From NCBI GenBank assembly GCA_050306135.1, contig JBNLGQ010000112.1, positions 67,794 to 131,793 on the forward strand: DNA of 64,000 nucleotides, given 5' to 3'. The notes under the pieces were generated by a model. It was not told the origin of the DNA and did no database searches. It saw only the letters and a list, made by a program, of their open reading frames with translations. A program made the translations under genes and the position numbers. Source of the stretch: Gammaproteobacteria bacterium. GTDB lineage: Bacteria; Pseudomonadota; Gammaproteobacteria; GCA-001735895. Positions 46,770-60,510 of this stretch are shown one piece after another. Each line of letters opens with the position of its first letter. The first letter of the stretch is position 1.

Positions 46770-47648
46770 CTAAGCTTCTATTTTCATTTGCGTCATACCT
46801 AAGGAATCCATGACTTCATGCACCTGCTCCTCGGCAATTATACAGGCCGCAGTGATATTCTCCAGAGATAGTCCATAATCCTGCCAGCCTGGAATATCCT
46901 GCAGGGCATACTCGACTTCTTCTTCCTCTATAGGGGCAATCAGAAAACCCAGGTTATTCGCCACATAAATAATGCCGGTTTCAAGAATATATTCTGTAAT
47001 TGACTGTGGATTATGATGAGACTGGGCAGCAGACGCCAGAATATCAGGTAACTCCCATTTTTTGATAAAGCCAGCTCCTACATCACAATGGGTAAATCCC
47101 AATATTCGCTCTTCTGCGTGGTAAAGGTCTCCATCCTCAATATCTACGGCCTCCAGAACCTGTTTGGTTTGCTCAGGAATCATTTTTGCCATAATCAAAC
47201 GACCAACATCATGTAGCAACCCCGCTGTAAATAGGGAGTCAGACTGTTGTGCACAATCTGTCTGCAGACTGAGATATCGTGCAAGAATCGCAGTTTTTAC
47301 ACTGTGTCTCCAAAAGTCTTCCATGTGGAATACATGATTTTCCATTTTTCCGAACACACCACTCAGTACAGAACCGATCAATATCTGCTTCAGTCGTTCA
47401 CGACCCAGAATGGTAATAGCCTGGGCAATACTGTCGATCTTATGTTGAAAGCCATAAAACGCGCTATTTACCATCTTCAATATTCGTAAACTTAACGCTG
47501 GATCAGTTTCCACAACCTGTCCGATCTGTGCTGATGTGGCGGTTTCACTATCCAGCAAATCGGAAATTCGAATATATATCTCGGGTAAAGAAGATAACTC
47601 ACTTTCTCTGGAAAGCAGTGATTGCAGCGTAATAGTAGATGATTCCAT
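46770..47648 (-). CDS. HDOD domain signalling protein
   Basis: HDOD motifs (LLHDVGRL ... H..ER...G..H). Confidence 0.7.
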   Translation of the reverse strand: MESSTITLQSLLSRESELSSLPEIYIRISDLLDSETATSAQIGQVVETDPALSLRILKMVNSAFYGFQHKIDSIAQAITILGRERLKQILIGSVLSGVFGKMENHVFHMEDFWRHSVKTAILARYLSLQTDCAQQSDSLFTAGLLHDVGRLIMAKMIPEQTKQVLEAVDIEDGDLYHAEERILGFTHCDVGAGFIKKWELPDILASAAQSHHNPQSITEYILETGIIYVANNLGFLIAPIEEEEVEYALQDIPGWQDYGLSLENITAACIIAEEQVHEVMDSLGMTQMKIEA

Positions 47649-47808
47649 ATGTCTTTCCTTTATTAAACTCAGATGAGCATAGCAGAATCATGGCTCATTT
47701 TTATCCTCTGGATCAGAGTATTTTTTCACTCACCAGTGACAAATGGCTATGACTGCTGATTAATTGCAAAACTGTTACAATTGCGCTTTCTAGCCTACGT
47801 TCATTTGT

Positions 47809-49245
47809 ATGACACTTACCGAACAACAATTATATCTGCTTCTGATCTGCCTGCCTGCCTTGATTAGTTCCATCGTTGTTTATGGCATCTGTGCAATTTA
47901 TCGTGAGAAAACCGTTAGCCAGTTACGTGAGCAGAATGAAAATACTCTGACTGACTTACATAATGCAAACGATCAGCTTCAGGATAGCACTACTCAGAAT
48001 GCATTGGCGCAACAAAAGATACAGTATCTGCAACAGTCACTGAACGATATTCAACAACAAAACAATAATCTATCCCTTCACAATGAGCAATTATCCAGTG
48101 ACTTAAATAAATCTCAAAGCTTGGCACATGAGCTACAGGTTTTACAACAACAGGAACGCCGACATCATGACGAAAAGTTGCAACAACTGGAGAATAGTCG
48201 TTTACAGTTGAAGAAAGAGTTTGAAAGCCTGGCGCAGCAAATTCTTAAATCAACCCAGCAGGAATTCACTCAATCCAGCAAAGAAGGTATGGAAAACTTC
48301 CTGCAGCCTTTTCGACAGCAAATTACAGATTTCAACCAGAAGGTAGAAACCATTCATACCAATGATTTAAAACAGCGAGAAGAGTTAAAAACCGAGCTTA
48401 AAAACCTGCAAAAACTGAACCTGCAGATGACTGAGGAAGCCCATCAGTTATCCACAGCACTGAAAGGGCAGAAAAAAACTCAGGGCAACTGGGGTGAGTT
48501 AATACTAGAAAATGTACTCGATCGATCTGGCTTACAGCTGGATAAGGATTACAAACGTGAAGTTAGTATAAATACCCAGGATGGACGCAAAAGGCCTGAT
48601 GTAATTGTGTATTTACCTGATGAAAAGCATCTGGTCATCGATGCCAAGGTATCATTGAATGCCTACACGAGATACGTAAATGCTGAAAATGACATTGAAC
48701 GCGCGCAGGCTTTAAAGGAACATATTCTCGCGCTGTCTTCTCGCATCAAGGAACTGTCTGATAAAAATTATTTTGATTTACCCGGCCTGAAATCACCCGA
48801 AATGGTTTTCATGTTCGTACCTATAGAGTCTGCTTTTGTCGAGGCTATTCGAGCAGATCAAGCCCTGTTCCAGCTAGCTATAGACAAACAGGTTCTGGTC
48901 ACAACACCAACTACTTTATTGACCAGCCTGAATATAGTACGCCAGCTGTGGCGCTTTGAAGATCAGAATAAATACAGTGCACGCCTGGCAGAAGAGGCGA
49001 GTAAGGTTTATAACCAGTTGAGGTTATTTCTGGAAAGTATGGATGCTCTCGGCAAACAACTGGATAAATCCAGACAAACCTACGATACCGCGCTCAAACA
49101 GTTTATCTCGGGCAAGGGGAATCTGGTCAAACGAGTGGAAGACTTCCAAAAGCTGGGTGTATCAGTGCAAAAGGAAATGCCCGCAGAAATGCTTGAAAAA
49201 GCGCGCCTGGAACTGGATTTAATCGAGCATAAGACTGAAGATTAA
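47809..49245 (+). CDS. rmuC: DNA recombination protein RmuC
   Basis: N-terminal TM, long coiled coil, and the conserved RmuC C-terminal domain (GNWGELILENVLDRSGL...VIDAK). Confidence 0.85.
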   Translation: MTLTEQQLYLLLICLPALISSIVVYGICAIYREKTVSQLREQNENTLTDLHNANDQLQDSTTQNALAQQKIQYLQQSLNDIQQQNNNLSLHNEQLSSDLNKSQSLAHELQVLQQQERRHHDEKLQQLENSRLQLKKEFESLAQQILKSTQQEFTQSSKEGMENFLQPFRQQITDFNQKVETIHTNDLKQREELKTELKNLQKLNLQMTEEAHQLSTALKGQKKTQGNWGELILENVLDRSGLQLDKDYKREVSINTQDGRKRPDVIVYLPDEKHLVIDAKVSLNAYTRYVNAENDIERAQALKEHILALSSRIKELSDKNYFDLPGLKSPEMVFMFVPIESAFVEAIRADQALFQLAIDKQVLVTTPTTLLTSLNIVRQLWRFEDQNKYSARLAEEASKVYNQLRLFLESMDALGKQLDKSRQTYDTALKQFISGKGNLVKRVEDFQKLGVSVQKEMPAEMLEKARLELDLIEHKTED

Positions 49246-49370
49246 TCAGACTCTTCTGCTGCAGCCTGGTCTGAATCCATCTTTTTCAGCAACCAGAGTA
49301 TTTTCCATACCACCACTCCAATAAACAACACTGAAGATCCAATCACAATAAATAGAATAGAGTTATCCAT
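49242..49370 (-). CDS. 42-aa single-pass membrane small protein (unannotated)
   Basis: GGAGG then 5 nt then ATG. The start overlaps the FNR-like stop (ATGGATAA). Product MDNSILFIVIGSSVLFIGVVVWKILWLLKKMDSDQAAAEESD. The 3' end overlaps the rmuC stop by 4 nt. Confidence 0.45.
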   Translation of the reverse strand: MDNSILFIVIGSSVLFIGVVVWKILWLLKKMDSDQAAAEESD

Positions 49371-50403
49371 TTTTACCTCCCTGCATTGCAGTTAATGCAT
49401 CGGTTGAATAATCAAAAGAATCATAATACAGACGGTTTACATCAAGCCCCGCTGCGATAAAGCTTTCTTTGCAGGATTCTATCATCTGTGGAGGGCCGGC
49501 CATATAGACGGCATAACCACTTAAATCAGGATAAGCTTGAATTACGGACTTATGTACAAATCCAGTTGCTCCCTGCCAGTCATCTTCTGCGGCTGGGTCA
49601 GAAAGCACAGGCGTATATTGAATGGAAAAATCATCCACCCATTGATGAACCATTGCTTCCTGATAAAGATCTTTTCTGGCCCTGGATCCCCAGAATAGAT
49701 GGATGGGTTGTTGGATACTCTGTTGACTGATTTCTTCGAAAATACCCTTAATAGGTGCAAACCCGGTACCACCAGCTACCAGCAGAACAGGACAGTCATC
49801 ATGTTGAAACCAGAATGTGCCGTGCGGCCCTTCGATACGCAACATGGCACCCACCTTTAACTCGTTGAATACAAAATCGGTAAATACTCCACCTACGGCA
49901 TGTCGAATCTGTATTTCCAGCTGATTGTTTTCATTGGGTGAATTCGCTAATGAAAAGGCTCTTTTGCGACCATCTTTCAATAGAAAATATATCCATTGTC
50001 CAGCCTTAAAATGAAACGTCTCTAATGCAGGCAACTGTAGCATGAGCTTAATCACATCGTCAGACAGATGTTCAACCTGCGCAACTTTACAGGGCAGTGT
50101 CTTAACCACGATTTCGGGCTGAGGTTCCACCAACTTAACATCGATTGTGACATCTGATACAGGAACCGCTTTACAAAACAGTGCTTCACCTTTTTCCATT
50201 TCCTGCTGTTGAAGGCCACCGGGCTGTCCTTCGGGATAATCTATCTGGCCACTGATCAATTGTCCTTTGCAGGATCCACAGAACCCATTACGACAGCCGT
50301 ATGAAATGGTAATTCCTTCAGCCAGCGCTGCATCAAGAATGGTTTGGTCTGCTGCACAGGGAAAGGTTAAATCCTGTTCAGCGATGGTAACAACAAAAGT
50401 CAT
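49363..50403 (-). CDS. 2Fe-2S ferredoxin / FAD / NAD(P)H oxidoreductase (FNR-family reductase, AscD-like)
   Basis: N-terminal plant-type ferredoxin Cys motif (CRNGFCGSC...C). FAD-binding RAFS and NAD-binding GGTGFAP motifs. Confidence 0.7.
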   Translation of the reverse strand: MTFVVTIAEQDLTFPCAADQTILDAALAEGITISYGCRNGFCGSCKGQLISGQIDYPEGQPGGLQQQEMEKGEALFCKAVPVSDVTIDVKLVEPQPEIVVKTLPCKVAQVEHLSDDVIKLMLQLPALETFHFKAGQWIYFLLKDGRKRAFSLANSPNENNQLEIQIRHAVGGVFTDFVFNELKVGAMLRIEGPHGTFWFQHDDCPVLLVAGGTGFAPIKGIFEEISQQSIQQPIHLFWGSRARKDLYQEAMVHQWVDDFSIQYTPVLSDPAAEDDWQGATGFVHKSVIQAYPDLSGYAVYMAGPPQMIESCKESFIAAGLDVNRLYYDSFDYSTDALTAMQGGKNG

Positions 50404-50473
50404 AGGGTTCAGGCCTGATTAAACAAGCGGCTGAGTCTAAGTGTTTTATCTGTATTAATAAAGTACCGGATAG

Positions 50474-51121
50474 TCAGGAATTTATTGCGCGACTACGTTT
50501 ACTGTTTAACCACTTGATGACAGGATCCCATTGTTCAAGATCGCGAGCAATCTGGTAGGGTGGTAATTCAAAGATTCCCAGTCCTCTTTCAGCAGCGCGA
50601 TTATAGTTTTGTGTTTCACGTAGCACTGAGATAAATGGGACTTTTTTGATCTTGCTGAGAAAAGTCTCCAGCTGGTGATATACATTGGTATTTTCTCGAC
50701 AACGGTTGGCTAATAGCGCCAGCCGAGTTTCTTTGCGACTTACACGACCATTCGCCAGGATTTCCTGTATGAAATTTGTGGCTGCGCGCATATCTATTGG
50801 TGAGGGTAAAACAGGTATGATGACTGATTCAGCTTTACGCAGCATGGCGGTTAGTTCCTTACCTCGCACAGCGGCTGGCGTATCGTAGATGACATAATCG
50901 ATATTGCGCGGGGTACGAAAAGTGCCAGCGCTACCATCTATTGCGGTAATAGACTGTCGCCCTGATGGCCTTGCGTTTAGCCAGTCCAGACTAGAATGTT
51001 GTGGATCATAATCTACCAGCATGACTTTATTGCCATTGCTAGCATAATAGCTTGCGAGGTTGGTTGCTACGGTGCTTTTTCCAGATCCGCCCTTAGCATT
51101 CAAAACCATGATCGATCTCAT
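50474..51121 (-). CDS. ParA/MinD-family P-loop ATPase
   Basis: Deviant Walker A NAKGGSGKST. About 210 aa. Confidence 0.7.
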   Translation of the reverse strand: MRSIMVLNAKGGSGKSTVATNLASYYASNGNKVMLVDYDPQHSSLDWLNARPSGRQSITAIDGSAGTFRTPRNIDYVIYDTPAAVRGKELTAMLRKAESVIIPVLPSPIDMRAATNFIQEILANGRVSRKETRLALLANRCRENTNVYHQLETFLSKIKKVPFISVLRETQNYNRAAERGLGIFELPPYQIARDLEQWDPVIKWLNSKRSRAINS

Positions 51122-51222
51122 CCGTCATTCCTCTTTTTTATTTTATGTTTGACTGATAGTCAGGCAAAGATAGCCTCTGTACTAAAAATTCTCAAGTTCA
51201 TTCATTAATTATCAGCGTTCCC

Positions 51223-52695
51223 TTAATCTAGAGAAATACCCAGTTCCTCCCACATATCATCAACGCGTTGTTTCACCGATGATTCCATTTGAATGGGTAC
51301 ACCCCATTCTCGGTGGGTTTCACCTGGCCATTTATTGGTAGCATCCAGACCCATTTTTGAACCCAGCCCTGAAACAGGAGAAGCAAAATCCAGGTAATCG
51401 ATAGGCGTGTTTTCGACCAGAGTTATATCTCTTGCCGGATCAACTCTTGTCGATATCGCCCAGATAACATCCTGCCAGTTTCGTGTATCTACATCATCAT
51501 CAACCACGATAACAAATTTGGTATACATAAATTGTCGCAAAAATGACCATACGCCCATCATCACGCGTTTGGCATGGCCAGCGTACTGTTTTTTCATACT
51601 GACTATCGCCACCCGGTATGAGCAACCTTCTGGTGGTAGATAAAAATCTATAATTTCAGGAAACTGTTTCTGCAAAATGGGAATGAACACTTCATTTAAA
51701 GCGAGTCCTAATATGGCAGGTTCATCCGGTGGCCGTCCAGTATAGGTACTGTGATAGATCGGTTGTTCCCTTGTGGTGATAGTTTCTATGGTAAAAACCG
51801 GGAAGCTGTCGACCTCGTTATAATATCCAGTGTGATCTCCAAATGGCCCTTCATCAGCCTGTTCACCTGGATAGATAAAACCTTCCAGTACAATCTCTGC
51901 TCTAGCGGGAATTTGCAGATCAGACAATAAAGCTTTTGCCAGTTCAGTTTTACTACCACGTAATAAACCGGCAAATGCATATTCCGATAGATTATCGGGT
52001 ATTGGAGTTACCGCTGCCAGGATAGTTGCAGGATCACACCCCAGAGTCACGGTTACCGGGAAAGGTTCTTCGGGTCTTTGTTGTAGCCATTCCTGATAAT
52101 CAAGTGCACCACCGCGATGGGATAACCAGCGCATAATCACCTTGTTTTTAGCAATCACCTGTTGCCGGTAAATACCCATATTCTGACGATCTTTATGAGG
52201 TCCCCGAGTGGTGACCAAACCCCAGGTGATCAAAGGGCCCGCATCTCCAGGCCAGCAGGTCTGTATTGGCAGCATGGACAGGTCTACTTCATCTGAGTTA
52301 TAGACTTTTTGCTGACAAACGGGTTTTTTCACGACTTTTGGCGACATATCGAGGATTTTTCGATATATGGGCAAGGTAGACAGGGCTTCTTTAAATCCCT
52401 TTGGTGGCTCAGGCTCTTTCAGGAATGCGAGTAATTTACCCACCTCTCTTAAGGCTGTAGCTTCAACTTCTCCTAAAGCTCGCGCCACTCTCTGTTCTGT
52501 ACCAAACAGATTGGCCAATAGAGGAATGTCACTATCGCCTGCCTTTTCGAACAATAACGCCGGCCCGCCCGCACGTAATGTACGGTCAGATATCTCAGTG
52601 ATTTCCAGGTAAGGATCTACCTCTTTTTCAACCCGAACCAATTCGCCATCCTGCTCCAGAGCCTGGATGAAATCTCTTAAATCCCGATATTTCAT
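51223..52695 (-). CDS. ubiD: 4-hydroxy-3-polyprenylbenzoate decarboxylase UbiD
   Basis: 490 aa. N-terminus [22 protein letters not shown] and conserved UbiD family regions. Confidence 0.9.
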   Translation of the reverse strand: MKYRDLRDFIQALEQDGELVRVEKEVDPYLEITEISDRTLRAGGPALLFEKAGDSDIPLLANLFGTEQRVARALGEVEATALREVGKLLAFLKEPEPPKGFKEALSTLPIYRKILDMSPKVVKKPVCQQKVYNSDEVDLSMLPIQTCWPGDAGPLITWGLVTTRGPHKDRQNMGIYRQQVIAKNKVIMRWLSHRGGALDYQEWLQQRPEEPFPVTVTLGCDPATILAAVTPIPDNLSEYAFAGLLRGSKTELAKALLSDLQIPARAEIVLEGFIYPGEQADEGPFGDHTGYYNEVDSFPVFTIETITTREQPIYHSTYTGRPPDEPAILGLALNEVFIPILQKQFPEIIDFYLPPEGCSYRVAIVSMKKQYAGHAKRVMMGVWSFLRQFMYTKFVIVVDDDVDTRNWQDVIWAISTRVDPARDITLVENTPIDYLDFASPVSGLGSKMGLDATNKWPGETHREWGVPIQMESSVKQRVDDMWEELGISLD

Positions 52696-52702
52696 TGTGT
52701 GC

Positions 52703-53419
52703 TTACCAGACCTTCACACCCTGGAAACGCCGCTTAACCTGAGCTTCGACCATTTTTTTGCCTGCGAGAAATCCTATTAAAACAAAAACAAGCAGAACAC
52801 CCGCTAATACGTACCAGTATTGTTTAACAATATCGATTATCTCGAGAATCCCTATCTTACCCTGTTTTGCATCTTCAAGCTGTTGCTGAAGTTGTTGATT
52901 TTTTTGTTGCGCCTGTTCATAGTTTTTCTGAAGTTCTTCAATCTCAGATGACATTTTTGTTTCATCAGATTTCATCAGACTAATCGTATTTTCATAATCT
53001 GCTACCAACTGTTGAGTGTTAGAATACTGCTCTAACTGATTTACAAGTATCTCGTTTTTTTTCTTTTCTTCTATTAACTGAAAACTCGCGGTTGGTTCAG
53101 AAACCAGAAATCCTGTTTTAACCCACCCGACCAGACCCTGGTCAGTTTTCACCCTGGCATAATTACCTGAACTTTCTAATATTTTAAGTTTATCACCCGA
53201 GGTCAGTAATTTGATCGTCGCACTATTTCCGTTTGGTAATTTATACAAAGAGAGTCTTAACTTGTCGGTGACATATTTTATTTCCTGAACCTCTTCTTCT
53301 GGCGCAGATTCATGAGCTTGCGCAACGACAATCTCCTCGCCCTCAGTGGTTTGCTGAGCAAAAACAGAAAAGCTGATTAAGCCTAAAATTAAAAACATCC
53401 AGCGAATAAAATTTTTCAT
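52703..53419 (-). CDS. SH3-domain protein with coiled coil and C-terminal TM anchor (YgiM-like)
   Basis: Signal peptide, then bacterial SH3 ([13 protein letters not shown]), a Q-rich coiled coil, and a C-terminal TM. Confidence 0.6.
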   Translation of the reverse strand: MKNFIRWMFLILGLISFSVFAQQTTEGEEIVVAQAHESAPEEEVQEIKYVTDKLRLSLYKLPNGNSATIKLLTSGDKLKILESSGNYARVKTDQGLVGWVKTGFLVSEPTASFQLIEEKKKNEILVNQLEQYSNTQQLVADYENTISLMKSDETKMSSEIEELQKNYEQAQQKNQQLQQQLEDAKQGKIGILEIIDIVKQYWYVLAGVLLVFVLIGFLAGKKMVEAQVKRRFQGVKVW

Positions 53420-53420
53420 A

Positions 53421-55481
53421 TTATTGTACCGATACCGACTCTATTCCATTATGTCTCAACAATGCATCTATCTCAGGCTCTCTACCCATAAAACAGATAA
53501 AAGATTCCAGAGCTGGACGCATTCCACCTTTCTGTAATATGCACTGAAGAAATTTCCTGCCCGTTTGCGGGTTAAAAACCCCTTCCTCTTCAAATCGAGA
53601 AAATGCATCTGCAGATAATACTTCTGCCCATTTGTAACTGTAGTATCCAGCTGCATATCCACCAGCAAATATATGAGAAAAACTATTCTGAAACCGATTA
53701 AATGAAGGTGGAATGATCACGGCTACCTGTTCTCGTACCTCATTTACTATTTGCTGGATTTGTTCAGTAGTTTCTATGTTTACCAATTGATGAAGTTTAA
53801 TATCAAATATAGAGAATTCCAGCTGTCTTACCATTTGCATGGCAGATTGATAATTTTTAGCTGCAATCATCCTGTTATACAGATTCTCAGGTAATGCTTC
53901 ATGCGTTTGATAGTGACGCGCAAATAAATCGAGAGCTTCACGTTGCCAGCAAAAATTTTCCATAAACTGACTGGGCAACTCAACAGCATCCCACTCAACA
54001 CCATTTATACCAGATACCTCAGGTACATCGACCTGAGTCAGCATGTGATGTATGCCATGGCCAAATTCATGAAACAGCGTTATCACTTCATCATGGGTAA
54101 ATAATGCCGGTTCGTCACCGACTGGTGGCGTTAAATTACAGGTCAGGTATGCCACTGGTAGCTGAACATTATCTCCAATGACATGCCTGTTAATACATTC
54201 ATCCATCCAGGCACCACCACGTTTATGTTCCCTGGCGTATAGATCAAGATAGAACTGCCCTATCAAGCGCTGCTGCTCATCAAATATCTGATAAAAGCGA
54301 ACATCCTTATGCCATAGCTCGATACCGTCATTCACCTGTTTGATATTGATTGAAAACAGTTTCTCTACAATATCGAATAAACCTTGAATGACCCTGTTAT
54401 CGGAAAAATACGGTTTTAGATCTTCATCACTAAATTCAAATAACTGCTTTCTCTGTTTTTCACTGTAATAAGCAATATCCCAGGCCTGTATATCGTCATC
54501 TAAACCATTGTTTTGTGCGAATTCCTGAAGTTGTTGATATTCCAGCTTTGCTGCAGCGTGACTCTTATCAGCCATTTGTGACAGAAAATCGATCACCTGA
54601 TTTACATCTTTCGCCATTTTTGTCTCAAGCGATAGCTCTGCATAGTTGTTGAATCCGAGCAGAGCTGCTTTTTGCTGACGCTTTTGTAAAATCTTCAGCA
54701 TGATTTCAGCATTATCCCATTTTTTATCAGTAATGCCCTGATCTGAGGCTCTTGTACTGTAGGCCTGATAAATCTCTTTGCGCAATTCCCTGTCATCTGC
54801 ATAGGTGACTATTGCGATGTAACAGGGCATATCCAGTGTTAAACGGTAACCTTGCAGTGACTTACTTTCTGCATTCTGTTTTAACATGGCCAAAGCATAT
54901 TCCGGCAAGCCACTTAGTCGATCATTGCTTTCTAGTGTTTTTTCCCAGGACTGGTTAGCATCAAGAACATTATTTTCGAATCTGGATTGTAATTCAGACA
55001 GCTCCTTCTGAATCATTTGATACTCTTTTTTTGCCTCACCAGATAAACCAACACCAGCAAGCTCAAAATGTTTCAAAGAGTCTGTGATGGTTTTTTTCTG
55101 GGCCTGTGATAATTCACTGAAATCTTCACTTTGCGCTATAGACTTATAGGCCTGATAAAGCTTTTGATTTTGACCAATCTCTGTCGAGTATTCACTTAAC
55201 ATGGGTAGACACTGATTATAAGCTTCGCGTAACTCATCACTGCTTTTAACCGAGTTTAAATGCCGGACTGGTGACCATGCCTTATTTAAGCGGTCATCCA
55301 TAATTTCCAGTGGTTGAATCAGGTTCTCCCAGTTCACTTCTGTAAGGTCTTGCAGTTGTTTTATCAGCTCGAGGTTATCCTGCAATATTTGCTGGATTGC
55401 AGGTTCTATCATATCGCTAGTAATCTGAGTAAATGCTGGTAAATCTGGCTGATCTAATAATGGATTTTTCAATATTTTCAC
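53421..55481 (-). CDS. prlC: oligopeptidase A (M3 family)
   Basis: 686 aa. HEFGHGIHH zinc motif. N-terminus typical of PrlC. Confidence 0.9.
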   Translation of the reverse strand: MKILKNPLLDQPDLPAFTQITSDMIEPAIQQILQDNLELIKQLQDLTEVNWENLIQPLEIMDDRLNKAWSPVRHLNSVKSSDELREAYNQCLPMLSEYSTEIGQNQKLYQAYKSIAQSEDFSELSQAQKKTITDSLKHFELAGVGLSGEAKKEYQMIQKELSELQSRFENNVLDANQSWEKTLESNDRLSGLPEYALAMLKQNAESKSLQGYRLTLDMPCYIAIVTYADDRELRKEIYQAYSTRASDQGITDKKWDNAEIMLKILQKRQQKAALLGFNNYAELSLETKMAKDVNQVIDFLSQMADKSHAAAKLEYQQLQEFAQNNGLDDDIQAWDIAYYSEKQRKQLFEFSDEDLKPYFSDNRVIQGLFDIVEKLFSINIKQVNDGIELWHKDVRFYQIFDEQQRLIGQFYLDLYAREHKRGGAWMDECINRHVIGDNVQLPVAYLTCNLTPPVGDEPALFTHDEVITLFHEFGHGIHHMLTQVDVPEVSGINGVEWDAVELPSQFMENFCWQREALDLFARHYQTHEALPENLYNRMIAAKNYQSAMQMVRQLEFSIFDIKLHQLVNIETTEQIQQIVNEVREQVAVIIPPSFNRFQNSFSHIFAGGYAAGYYSYKWAEVLSADAFSRFEEEGVFNPQTGRKFLQCILQKGGMRPALESFICFMGREPEIDALLRHNGIESVSVQ

Positions 55482-56401
55482 TTATTCGGTAGGGTTATCA
55501 TGGTTATTAAAGCTGTCAACATGACAAAGAATAACATCACATACAAAATTAATGATAGACGCTTTTTATTTAATAATTCAGCTTCCAGTTTTGTAGAAAT
55601 CAGGAATGGGTGATTTTGCTCCACTGGCTTTCGTATAGTATGGATGACGGTTTGCTGATTTTGTTCCCTGACCTTAAATTCAGCATGTCTTTTAATTTCA
55701 CGCCATTCATTTTTCTGTATCTTTCCATTCCCATCCAGATCAAAAGGTTTTAAAAATCGCATGGGCTGAATTTTCCAGTGACGTATTAATTCCTTAACCT
55801 GCTGCTGTATAGATTGTTCAGCAGGATTTTTTCTTATGGATTCAAAATCACCCAGCACGTATATTGGATCAGCTACAAATATCATTTTTTCAGTAAATCG
55901 ATAGTTCCCCATTCCTGAAAAACCCGGAAAACCCGAATCCTTTGGCGCTAACTTTGATGCCTGTATGCTGTTGCCATACCAGACTCTTTGATGTGAAGGT
56001 ATTACCTCTGCCTGATCGGGGATAACGATACATTCACCAGTATCATCTTTAAGCAAAAATATCTCATCTGAAACCTGATCGCTTTCTTCAACCCAATGAC
56101 TACGTTTACCTGTGGATTTTTTTATTTCTACTCTGCATTGATACCAGATACATTTTCTTTGACTGAAAGGCGATACAATTTTTGATTCAGGTAATAACTC
56201 TGCCAGCCCCTTTAATTCAACGTAACCCTGAGCAGCTGAAGCGATACGCGAGGTCGCTGTATCCTGGATAAACCGATATTGGTGGTGAGTCTGGTAAATT
56301 TTATACAGACTAAATAACACTGTAATAAAAAGTACCAGAGTAAAAAAGTTAAATTCAGCCTGACTTAATCCGTAAATATAGTCCGATAACCATTGTGGCA
56401 T
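55478..56401 (-). CDS. two-TM membrane protein with EF-hand Ca-binding loop (LemA-partner, GIDE-like)
   Basis: N- and C-terminal TM helices. DLDGNGKIQKNE canonical EF-hand loop. 4-nt overlap with prlC. Directly follows lemA. Confidence 0.5.
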   Translation of the reverse strand: MPQWLSDYIYGLSQAEFNFFTLVLFITVLFSLYKIYQTHHQYRFIQDTATSRIASAAQGYVELKGLAELLPESKIVSPFSQRKCIWYQCRVEIKKSTGKRSHWVEESDQVSDEIFLLKDDTGECIVIPDQAEVIPSHQRVWYGNSIQASKLAPKDSGFPGFSGMGNYRFTEKMIFVADPIYVLGDFESIRKNPAEQSIQQQVKELIRHWKIQPMRFLKPFDLDGNGKIQKNEWREIKRHAEFKVREQNQQTVIHTIRKPVEQNHPFLISTKLEAELLNKKRLSLILYVMLFFVMLTALITMITLPNK

Positions 56402-56410
56402 TCAGAATGG

Positions 56411-56986
56411 TCACTCTTTAAATAGAGAACTTAAATTTACGTCCTGAATTTCCTGCTGTTCAAACTCTAGTAAGTCTCGTTCGGTAAAATTCAATAGACG
56501 CGCTACGATAATATCCGGAAATTGCTCGATACGTGTATTATTGATATTCACCGATTCATTATAGAATTCACGACGATCTGCTATTGCGGATTCCAGACCA
56601 CTGATACGGCCCTGTAGATGCTGGAAATTTTCATTAGCTTTTAATTCAGGATAGGCCTCGGCTACAGCAAACAGATTACCTAAACCCATTCTTAGCATAC
56701 CCTCGGCAGGCCCTAAACTCGCCATATCCTGAGACTGCCTGGCACTGGAAACCTGCGATCTAGCCTGCATGACTTTTTCCAGGGTTTCCTTTTCAAACTT
56801 CATATATTGTTTGCAGGTTTCTACCAGCTTGGGAATTTCATCATGGCGTTGCTTGAGCAAAACATCAATATTTGACCAGGCTTTAGATACATTATGCTTA
56901 ATCCTGACCAGATGGTTATAGATATTGATAATGTAAAATGCCAGCCCAGCTACAACTACCCAGAATATAATTGATCCTGTTTCCAT
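56411..56986 (-). CDS. lemA: LemA family protein
   Basis: 191 aa. N-terminal TM plus the conserved LemA core (LVARL...FNESVN..N..I..FP). Confidence 0.75.
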   Translation of the reverse strand: METGSIIFWVVVAGLAFYIINIYNHLVRIKHNVSKAWSNIDVLLKQRHDEIPKLVETCKQYMKFEKETLEKVMQARSQVSSARQSQDMASLGPAEGMLRMGLGNLFAVAEAYPELKANENFQHLQGRISGLESAIADRREFYNESVNINNTRIEQFPDIIVARLLNFTERDLLEFEQQEIQDVNLSSLFKE

Positions 56987-57005
56987 CTAATCTAAAACCC
57001 TGTTC

Positions 57006-60490
<3,485 letters not shown>

Positions 60491-60510
60491 AAAGCTTGTA
60501 TAAGATTTAA

